From a virus, in IMG/VR virus record IMGVR_UViG_3300045450_000145, positions 1 to 64,000 of that record: a stretch of DNA of 64,000 nucleotides. One strand, 5' to 3'. Positions 42,393-51,963 of this stretch are shown here, in pieces. Within the stretch, counting starts at the first letter, position 1, and the number at the start of each line of letters is the position of its first letter. Under the pieces are notes generated by a model that was not told the origin of the DNA, made no database searches, and saw only the letters and a list, made by a program, of their open reading frames with translations. The translations under genes were made by a program, and so were the position numbers.

Positions 42393-44816
42393 TTATCTAG
42401 CATCTAATACTGATAGAGAGCCGTAAATTATGCCGTTATCCAACACAAATGTCCAGATATCAACGGCATTAGCAGCTGTGGTTCTATTAGGCGGTTGACC
42501 ACCGGCCCATTTAATGATTGAATCCCAGCTTAACGCTCTTCCGGCAGTTCCATCATTCGTGATCTTTGTGGTCCACGAATAAACTTTATCTGTTGATGCT
42601 GGCAAATTAGCAAATGTAATTTTTGTGTTTGACTGCAACGATACTCTAAAGTACGAAACATCTCCACCCTGGATGATATTGATTGTTGTATCAGTTGTAG
42701 TCGCAGATATATTTGCAACAGTTTCAGATGGCATTGTAGGAATAACAATTGCCCTAGAATAGCTAACTAATATTGTTGTTCCTTTGCCATCCCCTACAAA
42801 TACACCGATGTCGTTTGGTATTACATTAATATTTTTCGCATTTGGCAAGAGCAAGTTTGTGCCATGAACTATTGTTGGGCTACCGGTAAATTTTACAATT
42901 CTTAGTGCGCCTTCATTCAAGTCCAGTGTTGTAATTCCCATATCACCAGTTATCGTGACATAATTACCTGTCGCAGCCTGCAAGTTCATATTTTTAGCGG
43001 ATGCAATATCTGCCCCCTTCTTAAAGTCCAAGTAGGAAGTTAAGACGTTTGGCACTTGAGATGCAGTTAACTTTGAGTCTGATCCTAACGTTGCCAAGCC
43101 GCTAGGAGCGCCTATAATTGCACTAGATACTGCATCTGTAATTCCATAACCCGCAATAGTTGTTGGCTTGTTTGTAATTTCACTAAATGCAACTCTACGA
43201 CCAACATTCGAAGTGTAGATATATCCTAGGGCGGTGTTGTCAACAGAAACTAATAATCCTTCAGCGCCAGTTGACCAGCCAATCTTTACTGCATTAGTTC
43301 CTTGATTTGCGCCAGTTCCTTGCTCAACCGGGGTATAACCTAATCCATTTACAACATTTGTTTTTGTAATCTCGCTTCTAATAGTATTGGAGGATTTATT
43401 TTCAACATTTCCTAAATTTACATCCACGTTGGTTAGTGTAATGTCTCCTACTCTTCCAGCCACACTTGTTACTTCTGTAGGCCCACCTTCTAATCTATCC
43501 CATGTAGAACCATCAAAAATGACCATGTCGCCAATTTGCCAATAAGATTGACCATCTAAAGTGGTAGTTCCTTTTGTGCTGACTTTATAAAACTGCCCCT
43601 TAGTACCAGTGCCAGAGGTTAAAGTCGGCGTGTTAGTATTAGCATCCCAAAGTCCTTGATATTGTAAAGCCCCGACTAGTGATGATGGGATTTGGTTAGT
43701 ATTAAGCTTGCCATTGCCATCTAAAGTCGCAACTCCATTATTTGCGCCGAGAAGGCTGGTATTAACTGCATCCCTAATACCATATCCAGCCAAGTTAGTC
43801 GGCTTGTTGGTAATATCGGCGAACGCGGGTGGCGCCACATCTTTTAAACTAATTGCAGTAATGCGGCCCTTTGAATCTACAACTAAGGACGGAATCTTAT
43901 CCGCCGCACCATAGGTGCCTGCACTTACACCAGAATTTGCGAGGGTGACGCTAATATTGATGTCTTTAGACCCATCAATACTCACTGTGCCTAGTGCATC
44001 CTGACTCATTGTAAGTAATCTAGAAGTTGTCCATTTGTCTGCAGTCGCAGATGTTGATAAGTTAAATGGTCTATTTGTCCATGAAGAGCCATTCCAAACT
44101 AAACTATCATTTATTGCCTTAGAATTAATTGCAACGTTTTTTAATTCGTCAAAATTGGGCATATTATGGACGTGGTCAGCTCTTGCTGCGGTTGTTGCTA
44201 CACCTACCGCAGCAGTACCTAAATTGGCGCCTGTGTTATCGCCTAATTTTAGGTCGTCAGTAATACCATAACCAGATAAAGTTGTCGGCTTATTTGTAAT
44301 GCTAGCAAATGTAGGGGTGATTAAAATATTGCTCGCACTCATGACTCTACCAAATGCATCGACGGTAAATGCACCTGTTTGCGTAGAGGAACCAAAAGTA
44401 CCTGGAGTAACGCCAGTGTTAACTAACCCAATTGTTGGGTTGCCTAATACCCCGTTTGCATTAGATATTGAGATGCCACCCGCATTTATAATTGCGCGTG
44501 TAGCAACTATGCCATCGCCTGTGCGAGCTAATAAGCCAGTGGATGTTAATTCAGCCAACGCGGTTAAATCAATATCTAGTTTTTGACCATCGGTAATTCC
44601 ATAACCACTTAGGGTATTAGGCTTGTTAGAAATGACATCCCACGCAACTGCCTTGAAATCAATCCAATCCAAATTACTGAAGAAGTAGAATGCATTTAAG
44701 TCAGTTCTAAAAAATAATTCTCCTGGAGACGGATCATCTGGGAATTTGTCGCCGCTCGCAACCGTAGCGTTAAGGATCGAACTGCCTTCTGTGATTTTTG
44801 GACCGTCAATTAACAT
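42393..44816 (-). CDS. tail fibre protein with internal repeats
   Basis: Four (F/W)..I.NKPT.L.GYGI.D repeats, G-rich beta repeats; TATAAATA at 44843-44850 on minus strand. Confidence 0.85.
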   Translation of the reverse strand: MLIDGPKITEGSSILNATVASGDKFPDDPSPGELFFRTDLNAFYFFSNLDWIDFKAVAWDVISNKPNTLSGYGITDGQKLDIDLTALAELTSTGLLARTGDGIVATRAIINAGGISISNANGVLGNPTIGLVNTGVTPGTFGSSTQTGAFTVDAFGRVMSASNILITPTFASITNKPTTLSGYGITDDLKLGDNTGANLGTAAVGVATTAARADHVHNMPNFDELKNVAINSKAINDSLVWNGSSWTNRPFNLSTSATADKWTTSRLLTMSQDALGTVSIDGSKDINISVTLANSGVSAGTYGAADKIPSLVVDSKGRITAISLKDVAPPAFADITNKPTNLAGYGIRDAVNTSLLGANNGVATLDGNGKLNTNQIPSSLVGALQYQGLWDANTNTPTLTSGTGTKGQFYKVSTKGTTTLDGQSYWQIGDMVIFDGSTWDRLEGGPTEVTSVAGRVGDITLTNVDVNLGNVENKSSNTIRSEITKTNVVNGLGYTPVEQGTGANQGTNAVKIGWSTGAEGLLVSVDNTALGYIYTSNVGRRVAFSEITNKPTTIAGYGITDAVSSAIIGAPSGLATLGSDSKLTASQVPNVLTSYLDFKKGADIASAKNMNLQAATGNYVTITGDMGITTLDLNEGALRIVKFTGSPTIVHGTNLLLPNAKNINVIPNDIGVFVGDGKGTTILVSYSRAIVIPTMPSETVANISATTTDTTINIIQGGDVSYFRVSLQSNTKITFANLPASTDKVYSWTTKITNDGTAGRALSWDSIIKWAGGQPPNRTTAANAVDIWTFVLDNGIIYGSLSVLDAR

Positions 44817-44896
44817 AGGACCTCATTTATAATAGAACAGAATATTTATAAGCATGCCAACTATAGTATAATGTAAATAGTGCTGAGGAAATACTT

Positions 44897-45796
44897 ATGA
44901 AACTACAAGACCTATTTGAAGCAAAAAGCAGCGGTAAATCGACCGCCCACCTTGGCACTGTAAAGGCAAATAAAGATGACATTTTAAAAGCCTTACAGTT
45001 CGTGTCTCAAGTCACAAACTTAAGCGTAGAAGACTTGAAAGACAGCTTACTTGGCTCTACTAAAAAGACACTTGCTGGGAAGCAAGAAGAGTCAGGCGAC
45101 ATTGACATTGCGATTCAAGATCAGGGAGAGGAGTATCGCAATAAGATCGTTAAGCTAATGCTCAAGCAAACTAATACAAATGAGATTCACCGGGCCGGCG
45201 ATGGCGTCTTTTCTTTTGCCGTGCCAGTCAATGATAAGAAGGTGCAAGTTGATTTAATGTTTGTCAAGTCAAAGGACTGGGCTAAGTGGTCATACCATTC
45301 AGACGTTAATTCAAAATACAAGGCTGCGGTTCGTTCCTTGCTATTTGTTAATGTAATGAAGCAAATCTTCGAGAAAGATAAAGATTTGGAGGTGAAGGAC
45401 GAGGGTGGTGATACTATTATTAGAGTCAGACGTTCTTTTAAGGCTGACGTTGGTCTAGAGCGTTTATTCAAAGTAAAGCCAATGAGGAAAGACGGTAAAG
45501 GCCGTACTAAAACTCTGGCCAAATCCACTGCAAAGGAAGTTCAAAAGGAACTTGATAAAATGGGGCTATCTCATAAGTTTGACCCAAACCCAGACAATAT
45601 TACTGACCCAGAAAAAGCGGCGCGGCTTATGTTTGGCAAGAGCGTAAAGGCTGAAGATGTAAAGTCAGTCGAGCAGGTTATTAGCTTAATTAAGAAACGT
45701 AAAGACGCCGATATTATTTTTAAGAATACCGCTGACGACCTAAAAGATGCGAAGTTTGAAATCCCTCCCGAGATAAAATCACATCTTTCCCAATAA
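44897..45796 (+). CDS. Pol-beta-superfamily nucleotidyltransferase-like protein
   Basis: LGS..SGDIDIAI..VQVDLM; starts MKLQDLFEA. Confidence 0.6.
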   Translation: MKLQDLFEAKSSGKSTAHLGTVKANKDDILKALQFVSQVTNLSVEDLKDSLLGSTKKTLAGKQEESGDIDIAIQDQGEEYRNKIVKLMLKQTNTNEIHRAGDGVFSFAVPVNDKKVQVDLMFVKSKDWAKWSYHSDVNSKYKAAVRSLLFVNVMKQIFEKDKDLEVKDEGGDTIIRVRRSFKADVGLERLFKVKPMRKDGKGRTKTLAKSTAKEVQKELDKMGLSHKFDPNPDNITDPEKAARLMFGKSVKAEDVKSVEQVISLIKKRKDADIIFKNTADDLKDAKFEIPPEIKSHLSQ

Positions 45797-46276
45797 TTGC
45801 AGCTGTGCAATTTGCATCTCAAAAATTTCCATTTTGCGATTCCAATATTCGTAAAAAGCTTCTCTATTATCGGTCGTAATGAATGAAGTTTCAAAATCCA
45901 CAATTTGCAGTTCGCCATCATCACCAACAACAATATTGGTAATTTCTGGGCAATTCAACATAATGAAGCCATACCCGAATGTATTAAATGAATCACACGC
46001 ATTCCTGTATTTCTTCATAAAACAATCTAGTTGAGCATGCAGTTCTGGTGTGTAACTTCGAATATTATAGATAGTTTTACCGGGAATGACTTTGCGCTTT
46101 ATCTTTAAATTAAGCGCACCTTCTTCAAGTTGAAGGTATTTGTACTTAATGCAGCCATGTCTTTCCAACATCATAATTAGCATTTTAAGCTTAACCATGG
46201 TTTGAGTAAAAGGTTGCACCCTAACAATCAAGTTAGACGGTTCCTCCGGAGGTGTTAAAATTGTCGAGTCTTTCAT
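45779..46276 (-). CDS. degenerate kinase-like protein
   Basis: NIVV..GELQIVDFE resembles kinase subdomains VIb-VII but the HxD motif is absent. Confidence 0.4.
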   Translation of the reverse strand: MKDSTILTPPEEPSNLIVRVQPFTQTMVKLKMLIMMLERHGCIKYKYLQLEEGALNLKIKRKVIPGKTIYNIRSYTPELHAQLDCFMKKYRNACDSFNTFGYGFIMLNCPEITNIVVGDDGELQIVDFETSFITTDNREAFYEYWNRKMEIFEMQIAQLQLLGKM

Positions 46277-46331
46277 AAATAATTTTGGTTATAGTAATCA
46301 TTATCATTTTATCATACCAAACAATGTTAAA

Positions 46332-46356
46332 AGCCCTGATTAATCAGGGCTTTTAT
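46332..46356. terminator. intrinsic terminator
   Basis: aaagccctgatt-aatcagggctttt. Confidence 0.7.
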
Positions 46357-46357
46357 T

Positions 46358-46810
46358 TTATTCCCAGGTTAATGCTGGTAATTCTTTCTCAATTTCCTTA
46401 AAGTTTGTAGGAGTTGGTCGTTTGCCACTTTCGGCTTCCTCCATAATGGTATATAATTGGGCCCAAGTTTCATCTCTTAAATCAACTGCACGTTGACCTT
46501 CCTTTGCAAACCTTTCAATTTTAGAGGTTGCATAAGTAGTCGCAGATAAAATGGAGTCGTAATTTTTAGTTTTGGCAAAGTTATCTAAACGCTCTTGAAC
46601 TTTAGCAACTACCTGAGCTTTAAAATCTACCATCGGTAAGTCGGACTTTGTAATAAAGTAATTTGGAGTTAAGCTTGTTGCAATAAATGCTCTTACTTCG
46701 TCTTCGCTATTAAACTTTTCTTGGGTTAGTGGATTAAAATTGCTTAAGCCGGCAATTGCCGTGTCAGTTTCAATCGTGCTTGATAAATCTTCCTTGATCG
46801 TTATTTTCAT
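46358..46810 (-). CDS. tail-fibre assembly-like protein
   Basis: LDNFA..NYDSILSA..YA.S..F..EG..RD..W. Confidence 0.65.
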   Translation of the reverse strand: MKITIKEDLSSTIETDTAIAGLSNFNPLTQEKFNSEDEVRAFIATSLTPNYFITKSDLPMVDFKAQVVAKVQERLDNFAKTKNYDSILSATTYATSKIERFAKEGQRAVDLRDETWAQLYTIMEEAESGKRPTPTNFKEIEKELPALTWE

Positions 46811-47112
46811 CTTTCTACTCCTAAAATATAAGCACTTCCACCATTACAGTAGGCAGTTAAAACCGTTCCAGCTACAAACTCAAAGTTTTCAGCCACCCCA
46901 TAATATCCACCTGACGCAGTCACCCATGGTGTTTGAATGCCATTTACATAGATGGCAGAGCCGGTCGTGCAGAAAAGCTTCCCAACAAACACTTTACCAG
47001 ACGGCACTGTGTAAAGAGAAAATTGGCCGGGACTACTAGAATTTGCGCCAACTGTCATTGCAATCTGTTTAGATATGGCTTCAGTTTGCGCGTAATTTTT
47101 AAATTCTAACAT
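46807..47112 (-). CDS. tail-associated protein
   Basis: LYTVPSGK motif in tail operon. Confidence 0.6.
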   Translation of the reverse strand: MLEFKNYAQTEAISKQIAMTVGANSSSPGQFSLYTVPSGKVFVGKLFCTTGSAIYVNGIQTPWVTASGGYYGVAENFEFVAGTVLTAYCNGGSAYILGVER

Positions 47113-47123
47113 TTTGTTTTTCC

Positions 47124-48473
47124 TTAAGTGGTCTTAATGCCAGTTACTCTAATACCTACTGTGCCAAAATCGTTCTTAGCCACACTTGCATTGGCGTCCT
47201 TGACGGTAATAGTTCCATCGAATGCAGGTAAAGTAGTTTTATTTAGTTGAGTAAAGTTTTTAGTTTCAATATCATAAATGCCAATCTGGCTTGTTATCTG
47301 GTCCTGTGATTTAGTTCCCAAGAAAACATACCTGTCTCCTTGAGCATTTTTTACAAATGGGGTATGAAAAATAAAACCATTATACCCGTAAGCATATTGA
47401 GAAATGTCATAACCATCGCTCTTCATGTATTGCTCAGTTGAATAAACTCTAAGCGTTTCAGAGATGGTAGTACCTAAATTAATTAGCTTTGGGGTAAACG
47501 CCGTAGTTGGGCCCGCAAGCAAGGCATAATACATACCACTAGAGTCTTTTAACGCGGCGATAAAGCTGGCGTCATATTTGTTTGTGTTATTATCTAGATT
47601 ACCTGGTGCAGCAAAGCTACCAATAAGTTTTTGGGTCTTGAAGTTAATCACGTAAACTAATGAGTTTACGGGAGTGTACACGAATACAAAATCTTCAATA
47701 GCTGAAACTGAAGCGCCCAAAATAGAATTATAGGGAGAAGGCGTAAATTCAAAAACTGTGCTGGTGCCAGTTGTTGTATCGTAGGAAGTAACTGCTATGC
47801 TGTTGTCAACGTAACTAAGCTTTAAACTTGATGTTGCGACGTGAATATATCTTTTTCCATCCCAGCAGAATTTTTGAGTTAATGGCCCATCATCATGGGC
47901 GGCAAGCTGAAGTGCCGTAGATTGAGTGCCATTAACCCCACCTTCTCTTCTGTACAACTTATTTTTTATGCCTTTCGCTGACTCAATTTGGCCTTGTTGA
48001 GAAGCGTTCGGCTGCAAAGCTGCGTAATAATAGTTATTATTTTTATCAACGCAGTTAAAATTAGGTGTAACCGTTGGTAAAGGACCAGTCACACTTTCAA
48101 ACAAAAAGCTATTACTTGACTTAACTACATCGTCAAAAACAGTATCTAGAGTTACTGTAGTTGCGACCAGGTTTGTAGCATTATATGTGTAGTAAGTATA
48201 TTGGTTAAAAATTGCTGCCGCTTTAGTATAAAGCTTTACGTCTGAGCTTTTCCCTACTAATTCCGTGCCTGTTAGTTTTGCGCTCGATCTAACCTTTACA
48301 AGCTCAGTTACCCCGTCTGTTAAAATTAAAGTTCTTTCCTTTTGCACAGAAAAGCTCACGTCCTTAATTACAGCTGTTTCGGATGAGGAATTAGATAAAA
48401 CTGTTATGCCTGCCTTTAGCGCGTCGTATGTCAAGTCGCTTCTATTAATGAAGGTGGTAATGGTATCTGCCAT
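47124..48473 (-). CDS. beta-rich tail/adhesin protein
   Basis: 449 aa, T/S/N/Y-rich, in tail operon. Confidence 0.6.
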   Translation of the reverse strand: MADTITTFINRSDLTYDALKAGITVLSNSSSETAVIKDVSFSVQKERTLILTDGVTELVKVRSSAKLTGTELVGKSSDVKLYTKAAAIFNQYTYYTYNATNLVATTVTLDTVFDDVVKSSNSFLFESVTGPLPTVTPNFNCVDKNNNYYYAALQPNASQQGQIESAKGIKNKLYRREGGVNGTQSTALQLAAHDDGPLTQKFCWDGKRYIHVATSSLKLSYVDNSIAVTSYDTTTGTSTVFEFTPSPYNSILGASVSAIEDFVFVYTPVNSLVYVINFKTQKLIGSFAAPGNLDNNTNKYDASFIAALKDSSGMYYALLAGPTTAFTPKLINLGTTISETLRVYSTEQYMKSDGYDISQYAYGYNGFIFHTPFVKNAQGDRYVFLGTKSQDQITSQIGIYDIETKNFTQLNKTTLPAFDGTITVKDANASVAKNDFGTVGIRVTGIKTT

Positions 48474-48481
48474 GGTTATCC

Positions 48482-48952
48482 TTAGTTGTACTTTAGGTGA
48501 GTTGCGTAATCTGACGAAATGGCAGAAGAAGCATCTAAGCCTGTCATCTGCAAGACGGAAGTTTTATTTCTAAAGTACAGTTTGCCGTCGGTTGTATTTA
48601 TAATTATTTCGCCCTCTTCCATCTCATTAAATGAAGGAACTTTATCCTTTATATCTGTTCTTTTTAGCTTGAGCTTGGTTGAATTTGCATCAACAATGCC
48701 ATTAACGGTTAGGTCGCCATTAATAACACCACCAGTTAATTTTAAATAAAGCCCATCTCCACCCTGATCTAAGCTAATAACTTGCCACCCTTGCGTCACT
48801 TGATCACCTAAAGCGGCATTACCATCTTGTCTAAAGGCGTAGATGTATAAGCCTCTGGCACCTTCAGTTAGATAAAATAGTGAACCGATATTTGCAAATA
48901 TTGGTAATACAGTGCCGGTATCAATTGAACTTGTAGTATTAGTTTTAAACAT
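48482..48952 (-). CDS. short tail-fibre-related protein
   Basis: Shares ALGDQV.QGW with ORF 49459; GEIIINTTDGKLYF. Confidence 0.65.
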   Translation of the reverse strand: MFKTNTTSSIDTGTVLPIFANIGSLFYLTEGARGLYIYAFRQDGNAALGDQVTQGWQVISLDQGGDGLYLKLTGGVINGDLTVNGIVDANSTKLKLKRTDIKDKVPSFNEMEEGEIIINTTDGKLYFRNKTSVLQMTGLDASSAISSDYATHLKYN

Positions 48953-49191
48953 TATTCAAGCTCCGGAAATTGTAATGCCTGTAGTTCTTCAAGAGTTTTT
49001 ACATCATTAATTTTCAATGGCAAATCTCTTAAAGTTTGCTTCTGAGCAATAATATTATCTTTCTTCTTGCGATCAGTGCCCTCAAGAGCGCGCATAAACT
49101 CAACATCAAGTTGAGCCAATTTAGCATCTCGTTGAGTCCTAATACTGTTTGCAAAAATTGCCTTGGCTTTATCTAGGTTAATTTTAATCAT
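48952..49191 (-). CDS. tail assembly chaperone-like protein
   Basis: IR.QRD..L..LDV.FMRALE..KQ.LRDLP. Confidence 0.7.
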   Translation of the reverse strand: MIKINLDKAKAIFANSIRTQRDAKLAQLDVEFMRALEGTDRKKKDNIIAQKQTLRDLPLKINDVKTLEELQALQFPELE

Positions 49192-49193
49192 AA

Positions 49194-49448
49194 TTAGAAT
49201 TCTTTATTTGCACGTTCGCCGGAACTTATACCATCAGATTTACTAAAGTCTACCTCCCATGCACCCAAATATTTTAAATCTTTAGGTATATCTTCTCTTT
49301 TTACGAACTTGTACTCTGCTCCCTTAGGTACATCCTGATTTGCTACTTGCAAAAGGTTTAAACCACTATTAGGATTTGGATTGCATAATACTAATCCAAT
49401 ATCATCTTTATAAAATATGACGTAATCTTTAATGTCTAGTTGTGCCAT
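49194..49448 (-). CDS. tail-associated protein
   Basis: DVPKG..Y..V...IP......AW. Confidence 0.65.
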   Translation of the reverse strand: MAQLDIKDYVIFYKDDIGLVLCNPNPNSGLNLLQVANQDVPKGAEYKFVKREDIPKDLKYLGAWEVDFSKSDGISSGERANKEF

Positions 49449-49458
49449 ATTTTTATCC

Positions 49459-50877
49459 TTAATTTGAAATAATAGCGATAGATAATGTAGAAATATTTAC
49501 CGCACCGATTACGCCACTTCTTGACTGCGTTAAGTAATATGATTGAAATGACACGCTATTTTGCGATTTTCCTGATGATATAATCGGAGCGTCTGAAACG
49601 AGCGCATAATTTGAAGTAGGAATAGCAACAACAAAATTGACAGTAATTGTTAATCTATCTGTTTCTTCACCAGCCCCGCTATTAGTAGCTCTTGAAGAAA
49701 CAGACGAAATATTATTACCTTCTAAATAGTTACCATCAACAATAGAAACCCAAGCTTTAACTTTTCCAAACGAATTTGCTACATTACCCGCATTATCGGC
49801 ATAATCAGCGGCTTGCGCTCTACTTGCATTGCCCGCACTATCTGCAAATCCAGCAGTAGAAGCCCTATTGGAGTTAGTTGCGTAGTTTGCATTACCCGCA
49901 TTATCGGCATAATTAGATGCTAAGGACCTATTTGAGGTGTCTGAAGTGTTAGCGTAATTAACGCTCAGTTGGGATGGGGAATAAACATACATGTTAGTCC
50001 CGTCGACACCGCCCCATAGCCAGTTTGGATTAGTTTTCGCATCCCAAGTAAAAATTAAATTTCTATCATTTGGATTACCAGCATTTCTAATACCACGGGC
50101 AGAAATAGCGTTGGCTGCATTTGCTGCATTTTGCGCAGTAGCAGCATCGCCGTTAATGTCGATTGGCCATATATTGTTAAATGGATTAGTGTCAACAGAA
50201 ACTAACAATCTATTAGAACCATTCCAGCCAATATTGACTTTGTTATTTTGTTGGCCAGGGCCCCCACCCTGCTGGACAGGTGTAAATGGCAGCCTACTTA
50301 AATTGATTGTGCCAGCATTAATATTGCTAGCATTTGTGAAGTAAGCTGCATCTAATCCATCAAGCAAATCAGCATCTAAGCCACTGCCTTGCCCGTCATT
50401 TAAGCTGGTCCAAACTTTACCATTGCCAATGCCAGTATTCAAGGTTAGATTGCCACCGACGTCGAGGGTCATCCGGCTCTCATTGCCTGTGATAAAATTA
50501 ATTGGGCCGCCTTCACCACTGAGGGTAATACCACCAGCAGTTGGTGTATTAGCGCTAATGCTACCGCCTCCATCGCCCTTCATATTCACGACCCGTAATC
50601 CGCGAATAGGACCAGGTGATTGGACTGTGATATCACCAGTGACTACGCCGCCAGCTTCCTTATTGATAAACTGCTCAGATGGGGTTGTTGCGACCCAGCC
50701 CTGCCTAACTTGATCACCTAATGCATTTGCATTACTATCTTGGATGAAGCCAAAAACATACAGCCCTGAACCGGGATTAGATGTCTTATAAAATAGCGCG
50801 CCGTCATAAGCGGTTGATGGATCAGGTAGCTCAGCACCGTAATTTATGAGGGCATTCCCGGAGAGATTTTTGTGCAT
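49459..50877 (-). CDS. tail fibre protein
   Basis: GSGLDADLLDG, A.NA repeats, KAWV; TATAAATA at 50902-50909 on minus strand. Confidence 0.85.
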   Translation of the reverse strand: MHKNLSGNALINYGAELPDPSTAYDGALFYKTSNPGSGLYVFGFIQDSNANALGDQVRQGWVATTPSEQFINKEAGGVVTGDITVQSPGPIRGLRVVNMKGDGGGSISANTPTAGGITLSGEGGPINFITGNESRMTLDVGGNLTLNTGIGNGKVWTSLNDGQGSGLDADLLDGLDAAYFTNASNINAGTINLSRLPFTPVQQGGGPGQQNNKVNIGWNGSNRLLVSVDTNPFNNIWPIDINGDAATAQNAANAANAISARGIRNAGNPNDRNLIFTWDAKTNPNWLWGGVDGTNMYVYSPSQLSVNYANTSDTSNRSLASNYADNAGNANYATNSNRASTAGFADSAGNASRAQAADYADNAGNVANSFGKVKAWVSIVDGNYLEGNNISSVSSRATNSGAGEETDRLTITVNFVVAIPTSNYALVSDAPIISSGKSQNSVSFQSYYLTQSRSGVIGAVNISTLSIAIISN

Positions 50878-50960
50878 GATTCAACTCGAATTTATAGACC
50901 TTATTTATATCCTTTCACGTCACCCGAAAGTATTACAATTTAACATTCTGAAGGACTTAC

Positions 50961-51905
50961 ATGGAACAAACTGGACACCTCAACAACGACTTTCGGCTGT
51001 GCTTGAAGCACCTCATGGATCATGGCTATACTGCTAATCCTCGTGGCACGACTAGCAAGGAAATCCTTAACTACAACATCACCCTAACTAATCCTCGTAA
51101 CCGCGTCATTACCTTCAAGGACCGCAACGTCAAGACAGAATACTTGATGGGTGAACTAATCTGGTATACTAGCGGCGAAGACACCCTTGACGGCATTCTT
51201 CCTTACTCCAAGTTTTGGGCTAACATTACTAACTCTGGCAGTGAGCATCAGTACGATGCCAATACTGTCAATTCCAACTATGGCAACCGTCTCTTCGGCG
51301 TTACTAAGTTGGCTGCGTTCTCGGGCATGAATCAGTGGAACAATACTATCAATATCTTGAAGAATGACAAGGATTCTCGTCAAGCGCTGATGAACATTCA
51401 CGTGCCATCTGACCGCCATACCGGCAACAAGGACGTACCATGCACCATCGCGCTCCAGTGGTTCATTCGTGACAACAAGCTATCTCTCATTACCTACATG
51501 CGGTCTAATGACATCATCTTAGGTTTTACCAACGATGTCTTCCAATTTACCATGCTACAGGAAGCAATGATGGTAAATCTTCGTGAGTTCTATCCTGACC
51601 TTGAACTTGGCTACTACTATCACAACGCAGGATCGATGCACGTCTATGATCGTCACTTCGAGATGGCAGACAAGATCATCAATGCTGAGAATGCATTTGA
51701 CATGAACATGATTCCGATGGATAAGTTCAACTTGGATATTGTTAATGCTCTAGTGAGTGTCGAGTGTGAGTGGCGTAACAATCACGTTAAGTTCGAGAAC
51801 ACCGTTGATTGGGAGCAACTAACTCCATACTGGCAGCTGTGCATGAAGGCCTTCATGGAGAAAGATGAAGAAGCAATGCACCAAATCTTCGGCATTGAGG
51901 ACTAA
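50961..51905 (+). CDS. thymidylate-synthase-fold enzyme with dCMP-type Asp (T4 gp42-like dCMP hydroxymethylase candidate)
   Basis: DSRQA, DVPCT, MRSNDIILGFTND (Asp at the ThyA Asn177 position), GSMHVYDRH. Confidence 0.75.
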   Translation: MEQTGHLNNDFRLCLKHLMDHGYTANPRGTTSKEILNYNITLTNPRNRVITFKDRNVKTEYLMGELIWYTSGEDTLDGILPYSKFWANITNSGSEHQYDANTVNSNYGNRLFGVTKLAAFSGMNQWNNTINILKNDKDSRQALMNIHVPSDRHTGNKDVPCTIALQWFIRDNKLSLITYMRSNDIILGFTNDVFQFTMLQEAMMVNLREFYPDLELGYYYHNAGSMHVYDRHFEMADKIINAENAFDMNMIPMDKFNLDIVNALVSVECEWRNNHVKFENTVDWEQLTPYWQLCMKAFMEKDEEAMHQIFGIED

Positions 51906-51963
51906 AAATAATGTATAATGGCAAGTTAGGGATAAAGCTTCCTAACTTGCCAAAAGGAACTAA

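Noticed and set aside
50961-51905. Plain thymidylate synthase (thyA) annotation
   Set aside because: The specificity residue is Asp rather than Asn; not fully excluded without an assay, so no gene symbol is given
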